NCBI GenBank assembly: GCA_964576115.1
Contig: CAZNUA010000018.1
Coordinates: forward strand, 1 to 64,000
Reading direction: 5' to 3'
DNA length: 64,000 nt
From: an uncultured Gemmatimonadota bacterium
GTDB lineage: Bacteria > Blakebacterota > Blakebacteria > Blakebacterales > Blakebacteraceae
In this document: positions 8,407 to 16,861 of the stretch, one piece after another
Layout: each line of letters begins with the position of its first letter
How positions within the stretch are numbered: the first letter of the stretch is position 1
The notes under the pieces: generated by a model
Told to the model about the DNA's origin: nothing
The model's database searches: none
Seen by the model: the letters and a program-made list of their open reading frames with translations, nothing else
Translations under genes and position numbers: made by a program

Positions 8407-11109
8407 CTATTCCACCCGCAGGATCTCGACCGGGTCAGTCCGCACCGCCCGCCAGGCAGGATAGAGAGTGACCAGGATGGCGGTGAGGCAGATGATGAGA
8501 CCGGCCCCGATTACGACCAGCGGATCGAGCGTACCGACTCCCCAGACGGCCACCTGCAGAGCCAGGGTCAGGACGATCGCTCCGGCGGTCCCGATCCCGA
8601 TTCCGATTCCGACCTGACGGAGGCCGTAGGAAAAAACCTGTCTGATGACCCGTCCGCCGTCGGCTCCCAGGGCGTAGCGCACGCCGAATTCGCGGCGCTG
8701 CCGGCCGACCATGTAGAGCATAGTGGAGTACATACCTGCCAGGGCGAGGATGAGGGCCATGGCTCCAAAACCGGCGAAGAGCCAGGTGAAAGAGCGGGGA
8801 GTGGCCAGTGATTCATCCACCCTGTCCTGCATCGGAATGATGTCGTCGACCGGCAGGCCGGGATCCAGACTCCAGACCGCACTCCTGACGGCCGGGGCGA
8901 AGATTTCGGTCTCGGCGCTCGTTCGCACGACCAGTTGCAGGGAGTCCATGAATCCGGTCAGGGGCGAGTGCGGGATATAGAGACCGTAGGGCATCCCCTG
9001 GCGCAGACCCCAGTGCGGTATACCTTCCACCACCCCGACGATCGTGAAGATGTGGGTGTCCGCGACCCGCAGTGTCCGGCCCAACACATCTGTTTCTCCG
9101 AAGAGCTGCATCGCCGTGCGGTAATTGATGATGGCGACGGTCGGTTGGGATCTGATGTCGGCTGAGGTGAATTCGCGTCCTGTCAGAAGGGGGTGTTCGA
9201 GAGTGGTGAAGTAGCCCGGTGAGATCGGGTGCATGATGGCGGTGAGCGGTTCGGCGTCGGCCGGGGCCTCGGTGCTGGTGAAGGGCACGTGCCAGCCCGA
9301 TTGCCCCGGACCGGTGTGCTCGAAGGGTGCGATGGGAATGGCGGCGACGGCTTCGGTGCCGGGCAGGCGCCGGACCCGGTCCAGGATATCCGTCATGAAA
9401 AGGATCCGTTCCTCGCCGCTGTAGGCTGGGCCGAGCCGCAGGGGTATGGTCATGAGTCGCTCGGTCGCCAGGGGCAGATCGAAGCTGACAAGGACGGCCA
9501 GACTGCGCAGCATCGTCCCCGCGCCGACCAGGAGGGCCAGGGTCAGAGCGATCTCGGCTATCACCAGACGGCGCCCGATGCTGCCGCTCCGCCGGCTCCA
9601 GGTGACTCCGGTGCCGCTTTCCTTCAGGATCTCGTGCGGTTTGCGGTGGGCCGCGATCAGGGCCGGCAGCAGGCCGCAGAGGATCCCTGTCAGGGTCGCA
9701 ATGGCGAGGGCACCGGCAAGGATGCGCAGATCGAGATGGACCGAGGCGAGTCCGGGAATGCTGTCCCCCTCGAGACCGATGAAGAGACGCAGACCGAAAT
9801 GGGCCAGCCCGAAACCGAGCATCCCCCCGGCCAGGGCCAGGGCGGTACTTTCGGTCATGATCCAGAGGATGATCCGCCGGCGGCTGGCGCCGAGCGCTCC
9901 CCGCAGAGCCACCTCGTGGGCCCGATCGGTGCCGCGGGCCAGGAAGAGATTGGCCACGTTGGCACAAGCAATGAGCAGGAGGAAACCGACCGAGATGAGC
10001 AAGAGCAGGATCCGCGGTGCGATTCCACGCACTTCAGCCTCATGTAGCGACATCAGGTATAGATGCAGGGGGGTGCCGTCCCGCTGAAGATAGCGATCGG
10101 GCAGGACGTCGGCCATCGAGTGAACCAGTCGGGTCATTTCCTGCCGGGCGCCGTTGATGCCCGTTCCCTCGGCCAGGCGGCCCGTCACGGAAAGGACCGC
10201 GAATCCGTAGGACTGCGTGCCGGGGGCTCCGACCGTCATCGGTGCCCAGACATCGGTCCGCTGGTTGATCAGCACCCGGGGCGGCCGGAAATCGGGTGCG
10301 AGGATGCCGATGACCGTTACCGACGCTCCCCCCACCTGCACCTGCTGTCCGATGACTCCGGGATCGCTTCCCCAGCGGTTCTGCCAGTATCGATGGCTGA
10401 GGAGAACGACCTCCGGAGAATCGTAGTCTTCGCCCGCCTCGTACTCTTCGGGAGTGGGGAGGCGCCCCAGGCTGGTCGTGCCGCCCATCAGTTCGAAGAA
10501 ATGAGGGGTGATGCGGGCCGCGTTCACCCATTCGGGCCGGTCGCCGACAATCAAGGCCAGTCGCTGATTCCAGGTCGCGGCCAGAGCGTCGAGCGTCGAG
10601 AGGTGCTCCCGCCAGTCGGCGTAGTACCCGGGGGAGACGACGTTGGCGGTGATATAGACCAGACGGTGGGAATCCGGGCAGGGCAGGGGCCTGAGCAGCA
10701 GGGTGTCGAAAACACTGAAAATGACCGTCACCGAGCCGATACCGAGGCTCAGGATTGCGATCACCATCAGGGCGAAGAAGGGCCGCCGGCGGTGGGTTCG
10801 CAGGCTCAATCGCAGATCCTGCCGGATAGCCTGGACGATCTGCCCCAGACGGAGCCAGCGGTCGCGATGGGTCTCGATTACCCGGCACTCGTCTCTGACC
10901 GCATCCGGATCGCCGAACCGGCGGCGGGCCTCGGCCCGGGCAGCTTCGGGCGACCAGCCTTCGTTTACCATATCCTCGACCGTCTGTTCCAGGTGGGCGG
11001 CGAGTTCCTGGTCGATGTCGATTCCGGCTTCCCGTTCGTGCACGACGGGGCGCTGGCCGGTGATGTGTGCGATCCGGCGGTGGTTGTTCTTCCCGGTCAC
11101 GTTCACCAT
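8407..11109 (-). CDS. ADOP-type duplicated ABC permease #2
   Basis: Prefix DQELAAHLE...EARRRFGD, then SLGIG, LIACANVANLFLAR, ALRGALGA. C-terminus DPVEILRVE. Confidence 0.9.
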   Translation of the reverse strand: MVNVTGKNNHRRIAHITGQRPVVHEREAGIDIDQELAAHLEQTVEDMVNEGWSPEAARAEARRRFGDPDAVRDECRVIETHRDRWLRLGQIVQAIRQDLRLSLRTHRRRPFFALMVIAILSLGIGSVTVIFSVFDTLLLRPLPCPDSHRLVYITANVVSPGYYADWREHLSTLDALAATWNQRLALIVGDRPEWVNAARITPHFFELMGGTTSLGRLPTPEEYEAGEDYDSPEVVLLSHRYWQNRWGSDPGVIGQQVQVGGASVTVIGILAPDFRPPRVLINQRTDVWAPMTVGAPGTQSYGFAVLSVTGRLAEGTGINGARQEMTRLVHSMADVLPDRYLQRDGTPLHLYLMSLHEAEVRGIAPRILLLLISVGFLLLIACANVANLFLARGTDRAHEVALRGALGASRRRIILWIMTESTALALAGGMLGFGLAHFGLRLFIGLEGDSIPGLASVHLDLRILAGALAIATLTGILCGLLPALIAAHRKPHEILKESGTGVTWSRRSGSIGRRLVIAEIALTLALLVGAGTMLRSLAVLVSFDLPLATERLMTIPLRLGPAYSGEERILFMTDILDRVRRLPGTEAVAAIPIAPFEHTGPGQSGWHVPFTSTEAPADAEPLTAIMHPISPGYFTTLEHPLLTGREFTSADIRSQPTVAIINYRTAMQLFGETDVLGRTLRVADTHIFTIVGVVEGIPHWGLRQGMPYGLYIPHSPLTGFMDSLQLVVRTSAETEIFAPAVRSAVWSLDPGLPVDDIIPMQDRVDESLATPRSFTWLFAGFGAMALILALAGMYSTMLYMVGRQRREFGVRYALGADGGRVIRQVFSYGLRQVGIGIGIGTAGAIVLTLALQVAVWGVGTLDPLVVIGAGLIICLTAILVTLYPAWRAVRTDPVEILRVE

Positions 11110-11116
11110 CCCTTTC

Positions 11117-11455
11117 TCATACCTCGGCCGCCTTCATGACAGCGGCCATGGCTTCCACATAGCGGGACCAGGTGTCCTCCTGTGAGGTGAGCTGACGCTG
11201 ACCCTCGGCGGTGAGGGTGTAGAACTTCACCTCGCGGTTGGTCTCCGATATGCCCCATTCCGATTCGAGCCAGCCCCGGGCCTGCAGGCGGCGCAGGGCG
11301 GGGTACAGAGCTCCTTCTTCGATCTGGATCACCGCTTCCGAAGACTGCGTGATCCATTTGGCGATCTCATAACCGTGCATCGGACGCCGGCTGAGGGTCT
11401 TGAGGATCAGAATGTCAAGGGTGCCCCGGAAGAGATCAAGCGATTCGCGGCTCAT
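11117..11455 (-). CDS. PadR-family regulator (ADOP-associated type)
   Basis: RGTLDILILKTL, HGYEIA, GALYPALRRL, WGISETNR-x-x-KFY-x-LT. RBS GGGGAGG. Confidence 0.93.
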   Translation of the reverse strand: MSRESLDLFRGTLDILILKTLSRRPMHGYEIAKWITQSSEAVIQIEEGALYPALRRLQARGWLESEWGISETNREVKFYTLTAEGQRQLTSQEDTWSRYVEAMAAVMKAAEV

Positions 11456-11532
11456 GCCGTCCTCCCCGTTCGGCCCGGTCCCGCTCCCCGCTGTCTCATA
11501 CCGGCCGGGAGCGCTCACAGGCCTAAGGTTCA

Positions 11533-11587
11533 TACACCTAAGAACATTATGCATAAGGTGTACGAATATCGTCAAAGGAAAGTTTCA
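11533..11587 (-). promoter_or_regulatory. ECF-type promoter plus palindromic operator upstream of PadR
   Basis: TGAAAC-N17-CGTAC (11587-11560, minus). TACACCTAA-N5-TTATGCATA (11533-11555) lies within a longer TACACCT...AGGTGTA inverted repeat. Confidence 0.6.
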
Positions 11588-11710
11588 TCTGCGGAGACTC
11601 CCGACCGGGGAGAGATACCCGAGGCTCCGGCCGTGGCGGCCCGGATCTATTACGCAGGTACCTGCCTGCGGCCGGTTTCCGAGCCGGCATTCGGGAGCGC
11701 GACAATTTCC

Positions 11711-11746
11711 TTGACAAATATTTAGAGCACTCTAAATATTAGAGTG
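11711..11746 (+). promoter_or_regulatory. Sigma70 -35 box followed by nested palindromic operators for the downstream winged-helix module
   Basis: TTGACA at 11711, then perfect AATATTTAGAG-CA-CTCTAAATATT (11717-11740) overlapping CACTCTAA-ATA-TTAGAGTG (11728-11746). Confidence 0.7.
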
Positions 11747-11791
11747 TAATTAGTGCACCAGTGCCCCCGGCCAGGGGGAAGGAGGTACAAG

Positions 11792-12352
11792 GTGACGGCA
11801 TCAGAAAAACTGGAGGGCGACCTGCAGTATGTGAAAGAGGTCGTCGAGAGAGCCGGTGACCGGCGCTACCCGCCCGAGATTTTCTATCTCTGGGCGGTCA
11901 TCGTCCTAGTGGGCGATATCCTGCTCGACATCGATGGTCAGGTGGGGGGGGCCTTCTGGATGATTGCGGCCCCGGCGGGTTTCCTCTTGAGCGGCTGGCT
12001 CGGCTACCGCTGGGGTCGGAACCTGGGGCAGCAGTCCCATGCCGAGAGCCGGTCGCACGTGCTGCACTGGCTGGGTCTGCTGGTCGCGATTTTCGCCGGC
12101 TCCCTGCTGGTGGTGCAGGGTGTACTCAGGCCGGAGGGGATGGGAGCCTTCATCCTGCTCTTACTGGCGTTAGGATATTTCACGGCCGGACTCTACCAGG
12201 CCCGGCCTCTGCTCTGGGTTGGACTGTTGCTCGCCGCGGCTTATGTGGCTGTCCTCTTCATCGAGGGCCCGGTCTGGTCGATCGTAGGGGTGGTTACCGC
12301 CATCGCCCTGGCCCTGACCGGTTGGGTGGAAGGACGCCGCAACCGTGTCTGA
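11792..12352 (+). CDS. Hypothetical integral membrane protein (about 6 TM)
   Basis: Multiple hydrophobic segments. AAGGAGG RBS before GTG 11792. Overlaps the following regulator. Confidence 0.75.
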   Translation: MTASEKLEGDLQYVKEVVERAGDRRYPPEIFYLWAVIVLVGDILLDIDGQVGGAFWMIAAPAGFLLSGWLGYRWGRNLGQQSHAESRSHVLHWLGLLVAIFAGSLLVVQGVLRPEGMGAFILLLLALGYFTAGLYQARPLLWVGLLLAAAYVAVLFIEGPVWSIVGVVTAIALALTGWVEGRRNRV

Positions 12353-12680
12353 GGCCCGACCGGAGCCAGACGCCGTCAGGGAGGAACTGGCCGGTCTTGA
12401 CCGCCTGCTCGAGCACCGGGTCCGCCTAGCGATCATAGTCCTGCTGCGCCGTTACGATACCCTCTCCTTCTCGCGGCTGAAGGAGCTCACCGGTGAGACC
12501 GACGGCAACCTGGGGGCGAACCTGCGCAAGCTCGAAGAGGCTGGCTACCTCTCGGCCCGCAAGGAATTCGTCAAACGCAAGCCGGTCACCTGGTACGCTT
12601 TGCGGGCCGGGGGCCGCCGGGCGCTCTCGACTCACGTGCGGGCGCTCGATGCCCTGCTCAACGGAGCCGGGGGAGAATGA
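12345..12680 (+). CDS. Winged-helix transcriptional regulator (HTH_34/MarR-like)
   Basis: LDRLLEHRVRLAI, F-x-x-LK-x-x-x-G-x-TDGNL, LEEAGY, RKPVTWY-x-L. Confidence 0.88.
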   Translation: MSEARPEPDAVREELAGLDRLLEHRVRLAIIVLLRRYDTLSFSRLKELTGETDGNLGANLRKLEEAGYLSARKEFVKRKPVTWYALRAGGRRALSTHVRALDALLNGAGGE

Positions 12681-12737
12681 ATCCCTGGGATTCTACTCGG
12701 TTCCGTGTATCCTGAGTGCGGGACAGGAGGGGAGCCG

Positions 12738-13565
12738 ATGCCAGGAACAATTCTGATCATGATGTTCTTCCTGTTCGGCACGGTGGAATCGACCGGGGTT
12801 CCTGACACCGGTACAGGTCCCGGAGCCGTATCGTCCGCTACGGTTCTGACGACCGCCTGTGAGCAGGATCCGGCTGCTCTCATCGTGCAGGGACGTGGTT
12901 TGCTTGCCGAGGGCGTGAACCGGCGTGAGCGCGATCGCATCGAACAGGCCAGGGAAGTCTTCGAACAGTTGATGGCCGCTGGCGACAATGCACAACTCGG
13001 CCATTACTACCTTGGCCTGGCCGGCTACCGGTTAGCCAATCTGGGCCCGGAGGAGGATCGACGTACCATCCGACGGCACATCAATGCCGCCATCGACCAC
13101 CTTGAAACTGCGGTCGAACTCGATCCCGATTCAGCCGAGTCCCTGGCTCTGCTGGGCGGTGCCTACGGGATCAAGATCGCCGTCTATCCCCTGACCGCCA
13201 TGACCCTGGGGCCGAAGAACCAGCGGGTGCGCGAGCGAGCCCGCGAGCTGGCCCCCGACAATCCCCGGGTGGTCCTGCTCGACGCTATCAGCTACTTCAA
13301 TACTCCCGGCGCCTTCGGAGGAGATAAAGAGAAGGCTCTCGAACTGGCCCTGCACTCAGCCGACCTCTTCACTGCCGAAGAGGTGGACGATCCGCGGCTC
13401 CCCCGCTGGGGCAGGGAGGAAGTCTGGGCTTGGATCGGAATCATCCAGACCGATGCCGGCCGGGACGAAGAGGCCCGCGCGGCTTATGAGAGGGCTCTCG
13501 AGATCAATCCCGATTACAGCTGGGTCAGAGATGTCCTGCTCCCCGACCTGCCGCCCGGCACCTGA
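12738..13565 (+). CDS. Secreted TPR-repeat protein
   Basis: Hydrophobic N-terminus. TPR-like helices (AVELDPDSAESLALLG, ARELAPDNPR, YERALEINPDY) and TPGAFGGD. Confidence 0.8.
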   Translation: MPGTILIMMFFLFGTVESTGVPDTGTGPGAVSSATVLTTACEQDPAALIVQGRGLLAEGVNRRERDRIEQAREVFEQLMAAGDNAQLGHYYLGLAGYRLANLGPEEDRRTIRRHINAAIDHLETAVELDPDSAESLALLGGAYGIKIAVYPLTAMTLGPKNQRVRERARELAPDNPRVVLLDAISYFNTPGAFGGDKEKALELALHSADLFTAEEVDDPRLPRWGREEVWAWIGIIQTDAGRDEEARAAYERALEINPDYSWVRDVLLPDLPPGT

Positions 13566-13625
13566 TCCGGATCAGATCCCGGCCCCGTACCTGGTGCATC
13601 GTATCGAAGCCGGGTGATCGTTCCC

Positions 13626-13710
13626 GGAACATTCACCGGCCAGGATGCGTATCTCCTTTTGGATTTAAAAAGGAGTTGTGGTATCTTTTCCTTTGGTATT
13701 TCAAAAGGAG
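13626..13710 (+). promoter_or_regulatory. ECF-type promoter followed by two tandem 23-bp palindromic operators
   Basis: GGAAC-N17-CGTAT (13626-13652), CTCCTTTTG-N5-AAAAAGGAG (13653-13675) and TTCCTTTGG-N5-CAAAAGGAG (13688-13710). Confidence 0.7.
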
Positions 13711-13760
13711 ATAGATGAGGCAGAGGGGATAAAGAGCCGAGGAAGATAGAGGAGAGGCCG

Positions 13761-14111
13761 ATGGCCGAATCGAAGGCGGACGTGCTGCGGGGAACCCTCG
13801 ATATGCTGGTTCTCAAGACCCTGGCTCTGGAGCCGATGCACGGCTGGGGACTGGCCGAGCGGATCGAACAGATCTCCCGCGGAGTCTTCAGCATCAATCA
13901 GGGCACGCTCTATCCGGCCCTGCAGCGTCTCAAGCGCAAGGGCTTGGTTCGTTCTCAGTGGCGGATGACTGAAAACAATCGGCGGGCCCGGTATTACTAC
14001 CTGACACGGGGGGCGGAGAAGCAGCTGGAGCGCGAGATGCACGAGTGGGAGCGCACGTCGGCGGCAGTGAACCGGATCCTCGCCTTCACCTTTCCGGAGG
14101 CGCGGTCATGA
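13761..14111 (+). CDS. PadR-family regulator (ADOP-associated type)
   Basis: LRGTLDMLVLKTL, MHGWG, QGTLYPALQRL, TENNRRARYY. Confidence 0.93.
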   Translation: MAESKADVLRGTLDMLVLKTLALEPMHGWGLAERIEQISRGVFSINQGTLYPALQRLKRKGLVRSQWRMTENNRRARYYYLTRGAEKQLEREMHEWERTSAAVNRILAFTFPEARS

Positions 14112-16810
14112 CCTGGTTCTGGGGGCTTGTGGAACGGCTGCGCAACCTCTTCCGGCGCCGGCAGGCAGAGGAGGAGTTGGAGGAGGAGATCCGGTTCCAT
14201 CTCGAACGGGCGGTGGAGAAGAACATCAGGCGAGGTATGTCAGGCGTCGAGGCACGGCGGGCGGCTCTCATCGCCTTCGGCGGCGAGGAGCGGATCAAGG
14301 AGCAGACCCGCCGGGAGCGGGGAGTGCATGTCCTGCTGGATCTGCGGCAGGACATCCGTCAGGCCCTCCGCGACCTGAAACGGCGTCCCGGTTTCTCGGC
14401 CGTCGTGATCCTCACCCTCGTCCTCTGCGTGGGCGCCAACACCGCCATCTTTCCCCTGATCAATACGGTCGTCCTGCGGGCGTTGCCCTATCCCGACGCC
14501 CGGCGGCTCGTCTATGTCTACAACTCCGCCCCCGGAGCCGACGAGGAACGCCTCGGAAACAACTACATCGATTTCCACCAGCGGCGGGAAGGGGTGGAGG
14601 CCTTCGATGAGGTGGCTCTCTTCACCTACGGGGGAGGGGTGGTGGGAATGGGCCGGAGCCAGCGACATGTCTTTACGACCTCCGTCACACCCTCGTATTT
14701 CTCATTGCTGGGCGTGCGACCGGCCGCCGGCCGGTTCTTCCTCGAAACGGAGGATCAGGGGGAGCCGGGAGCCGGCGACCGCGAGGTCATCCTGAGCCAT
14801 GGATTCTGGCAGCAGTACTTCGGCGGAGGGGATGATGTGATCGGTCAGACGCTGATCATGGGCGAGACCAGCATGGTCGTTGTAGGTGTCCTGCCGGCCC
14901 ATTTCCGTTTGCCGACGTGGGAGACCGATGTCTTTCTGCGACTCTCCTGGCCCGGGCGGGCGTGGGCTGAAGACCAGCAGTATAACGATAATACCGCGTT
15001 GGAAATGATTGCCCGCCTCAAACCCGGGGCGACCATCGAACAGGCCACTGAACAGATCGCTGCCATCAATGAAGCGAATCTCGAAAAGCTCCCGGCCGCC
15101 ATACGGGAAATCATCAGCAATGCTTCTTATCACACCGTCGTGCGCGGCTGGCATGATGACCTGATCCGGAACCTGCGCCGGCCCCTGCTTCTGCTCTGGG
15201 GAGGCGTCCTGCTGGTGCTGCTGATCGGCTGCGTGAATATCACCAATCTGCTGCTGGTCCGCACCTCCTCGGCGCTGCCGGATCTGGCTACACGGCACGC
15301 TCTGGGTGCCGGGCTCTTCCGGCTCGTGCGGCAGCAGGTGACCGGGAGCCTGGTCCTGTGCACCCTGGGAGGAGCGATCGGGATCGCGGTGGGAGCTTTC
15401 AGCCTGAAGCTGCTGAGTGCGTTCGCCGTCTGGGAAATTCCGCTGATATCGGAGGTCCGGCTCGACAGGATGGCGCTGCTGTTCTCAGGCGGGCTCGTGC
15501 TGGCCGTTGGGCTGCTAAGCGGTCTGGCTCCGGCCCTGCGCTACCTGCGTGAGGGGTACATGGGATGGTACCTGCGGGGCGGAAGGCGAAGTGCGCGCGG
15601 TCGCGGAAGTCTCGGCCTGCAGAACACGCTGGTCAGCGCCCAGATCGCCGTGACCTTCATTCTGCTGATGGGAGCGGGCCTGCTTTATGCGAGCCTGCGG
15701 AACGTCCTGGCGATAGAGCCGGGCTTCGAGGCCGAAGGCGTGCTGGCCAACGCCGTCAGTCTGCCTGTCGAACGCTACCCCGCCGCCGCCGCCCGAATTG
15801 CGGCCCAGGAATCGATCCTCGACGAGATCGAAGCCCTGCCCGGCGTCCAATCAGCGGCTATCACGAGCCAGCTCCCTTTCTCCGGGATCGTGAATTCCAT
15901 CGCCATCACGGTCGAGGGATATGAGCCCGGCCCCGGCGAATCGGTCACGACCCCGTACAGCACGTGGGTGAGCCCGGGGTACTTCTCCTGTCTGGGGATC
16001 CCCCTGCTGCGGGGGCGTGATTTCACCGCCAGCGATCGTGCTGATACCCTACCGGTGGTCATCATCGACCAGAATCTGGCCCGCCGTTACTGGCCCGATA
16101 CCGATCCGATCGGCAAGCGGATGCATCCGGGTATCGACGACGAATCAGAACCCGGATATGTACCGGACTGGCACACCATCATCGGCGTCGTGGGATCGGT
16201 CAAACACAACGACCTGCTCGAACCAGATCCCGGCGGGGCTTTCTACCGTCCCCTGGCCCAGTCGTGGCTGACCTACTTTCGAACCGTGGTCCGCACCGAC
16301 GGCGAGCCGCGTTCTTTCGCGCCGGCGGTTCGGACAGCGGTGCAGCGGGTCGATCCGGCGGTTCTACCGTACTGGACTGCCGACCTGGCCGCCGACCTGA
16401 CTGCCTCGTTGATTCCTCGCCGCACGCCGATGCAGCTCTTGATGACCTTCGCCTCTGTGGCCCTGTTGCTGGCCGCGCTGGGTGTTTATGGCGTGCTGGC
16501 GTATGCGGTCGGACGGCGGGCCCGCGAGATCGGAATCAGGGTGGCTCTGGGCGGGACAAACCGGCAGATCGTACGCCTGATCGGAGGACAGTGGTTGCGG
16601 ATGATCGTTGCCGGGCTGGCGATCGGCATTGCAGGCGCCTTCGCCCTGATCCGGTTCATCGCCAGCCAGCTCTACGGTGTCGCCCCGGCCGATCCGGCGG
16701 TTTTCCTCGCTGTCATGTTGATCCTGGGGGCAGTGGCGGCTTCAGCCTGCCTGCTCCCGATCCGGCGGGCTCTCAGGCTCGATCCGGTGGCCGTGCTCCG
16801 GGTGGAATAA
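14108..16810 (+). CDS. ADOP-type duplicated ABC permease #3
   Basis: ATGA-coupled to PadR. Prefix EEIRFHLE, then GANTAIF, LIGCVNITNLLL, REIGIRVALG. C-terminus DPVAVLRVE. Confidence 0.9.
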   Translation: MTWFWGLVERLRNLFRRRQAEEELEEEIRFHLERAVEKNIRRGMSGVEARRAALIAFGGEERIKEQTRRERGVHVLLDLRQDIRQALRDLKRRPGFSAVVILTLVLCVGANTAIFPLINTVVLRALPYPDARRLVYVYNSAPGADEERLGNNYIDFHQRREGVEAFDEVALFTYGGGVVGMGRSQRHVFTTSVTPSYFSLLGVRPAAGRFFLETEDQGEPGAGDREVILSHGFWQQYFGGGDDVIGQTLIMGETSMVVVGVLPAHFRLPTWETDVFLRLSWPGRAWAEDQQYNDNTALEMIARLKPGATIEQATEQIAAINEANLEKLPAAIREIISNASYHTVVRGWHDDLIRNLRRPLLLLWGGVLLVLLIGCVNITNLLLVRTSSALPDLATRHALGAGLFRLVRQQVTGSLVLCTLGGAIGIAVGAFSLKLLSAFAVWEIPLISEVRLDRMALLFSGGLVLAVGLLSGLAPALRYLREGYMGWYLRGGRRSARGRGSLGLQNTLVSAQIAVTFILLMGAGLLYASLRNVLAIEPGFEAEGVLANAVSLPVERYPAAAARIAAQESILDEIEALPGVQSAAITSQLPFSGIVNSIAITVEGYEPGPGESVTTPYSTWVSPGYFSCLGIPLLRGRDFTASDRADTLPVVIIDQNLARRYWPDTDPIGKRMHPGIDDESEPGYVPDWHTIIGVVGSVKHNDLLEPDPGGAFYRPLAQSWLTYFRTVVRTDGEPRSFAPAVRTAVQRVDPAVLPYWTADLAADLTASLIPRRTPMQLLMTFASVALLLAALGVYGVLAYAVGRRAREIGIRVALGGTNRQIVRLIGGQWLRMIVAGLAIGIAGAFALIRFIASQLYGVAPADPAVFLAVMLILGAVAASACLLPIRRALRLDPVAVLRVE

Positions 16811-16861
16811 GGCTCGGTACAGATCCGTGTCGGGTGATATGACGCCATTGTTTTTCCAACC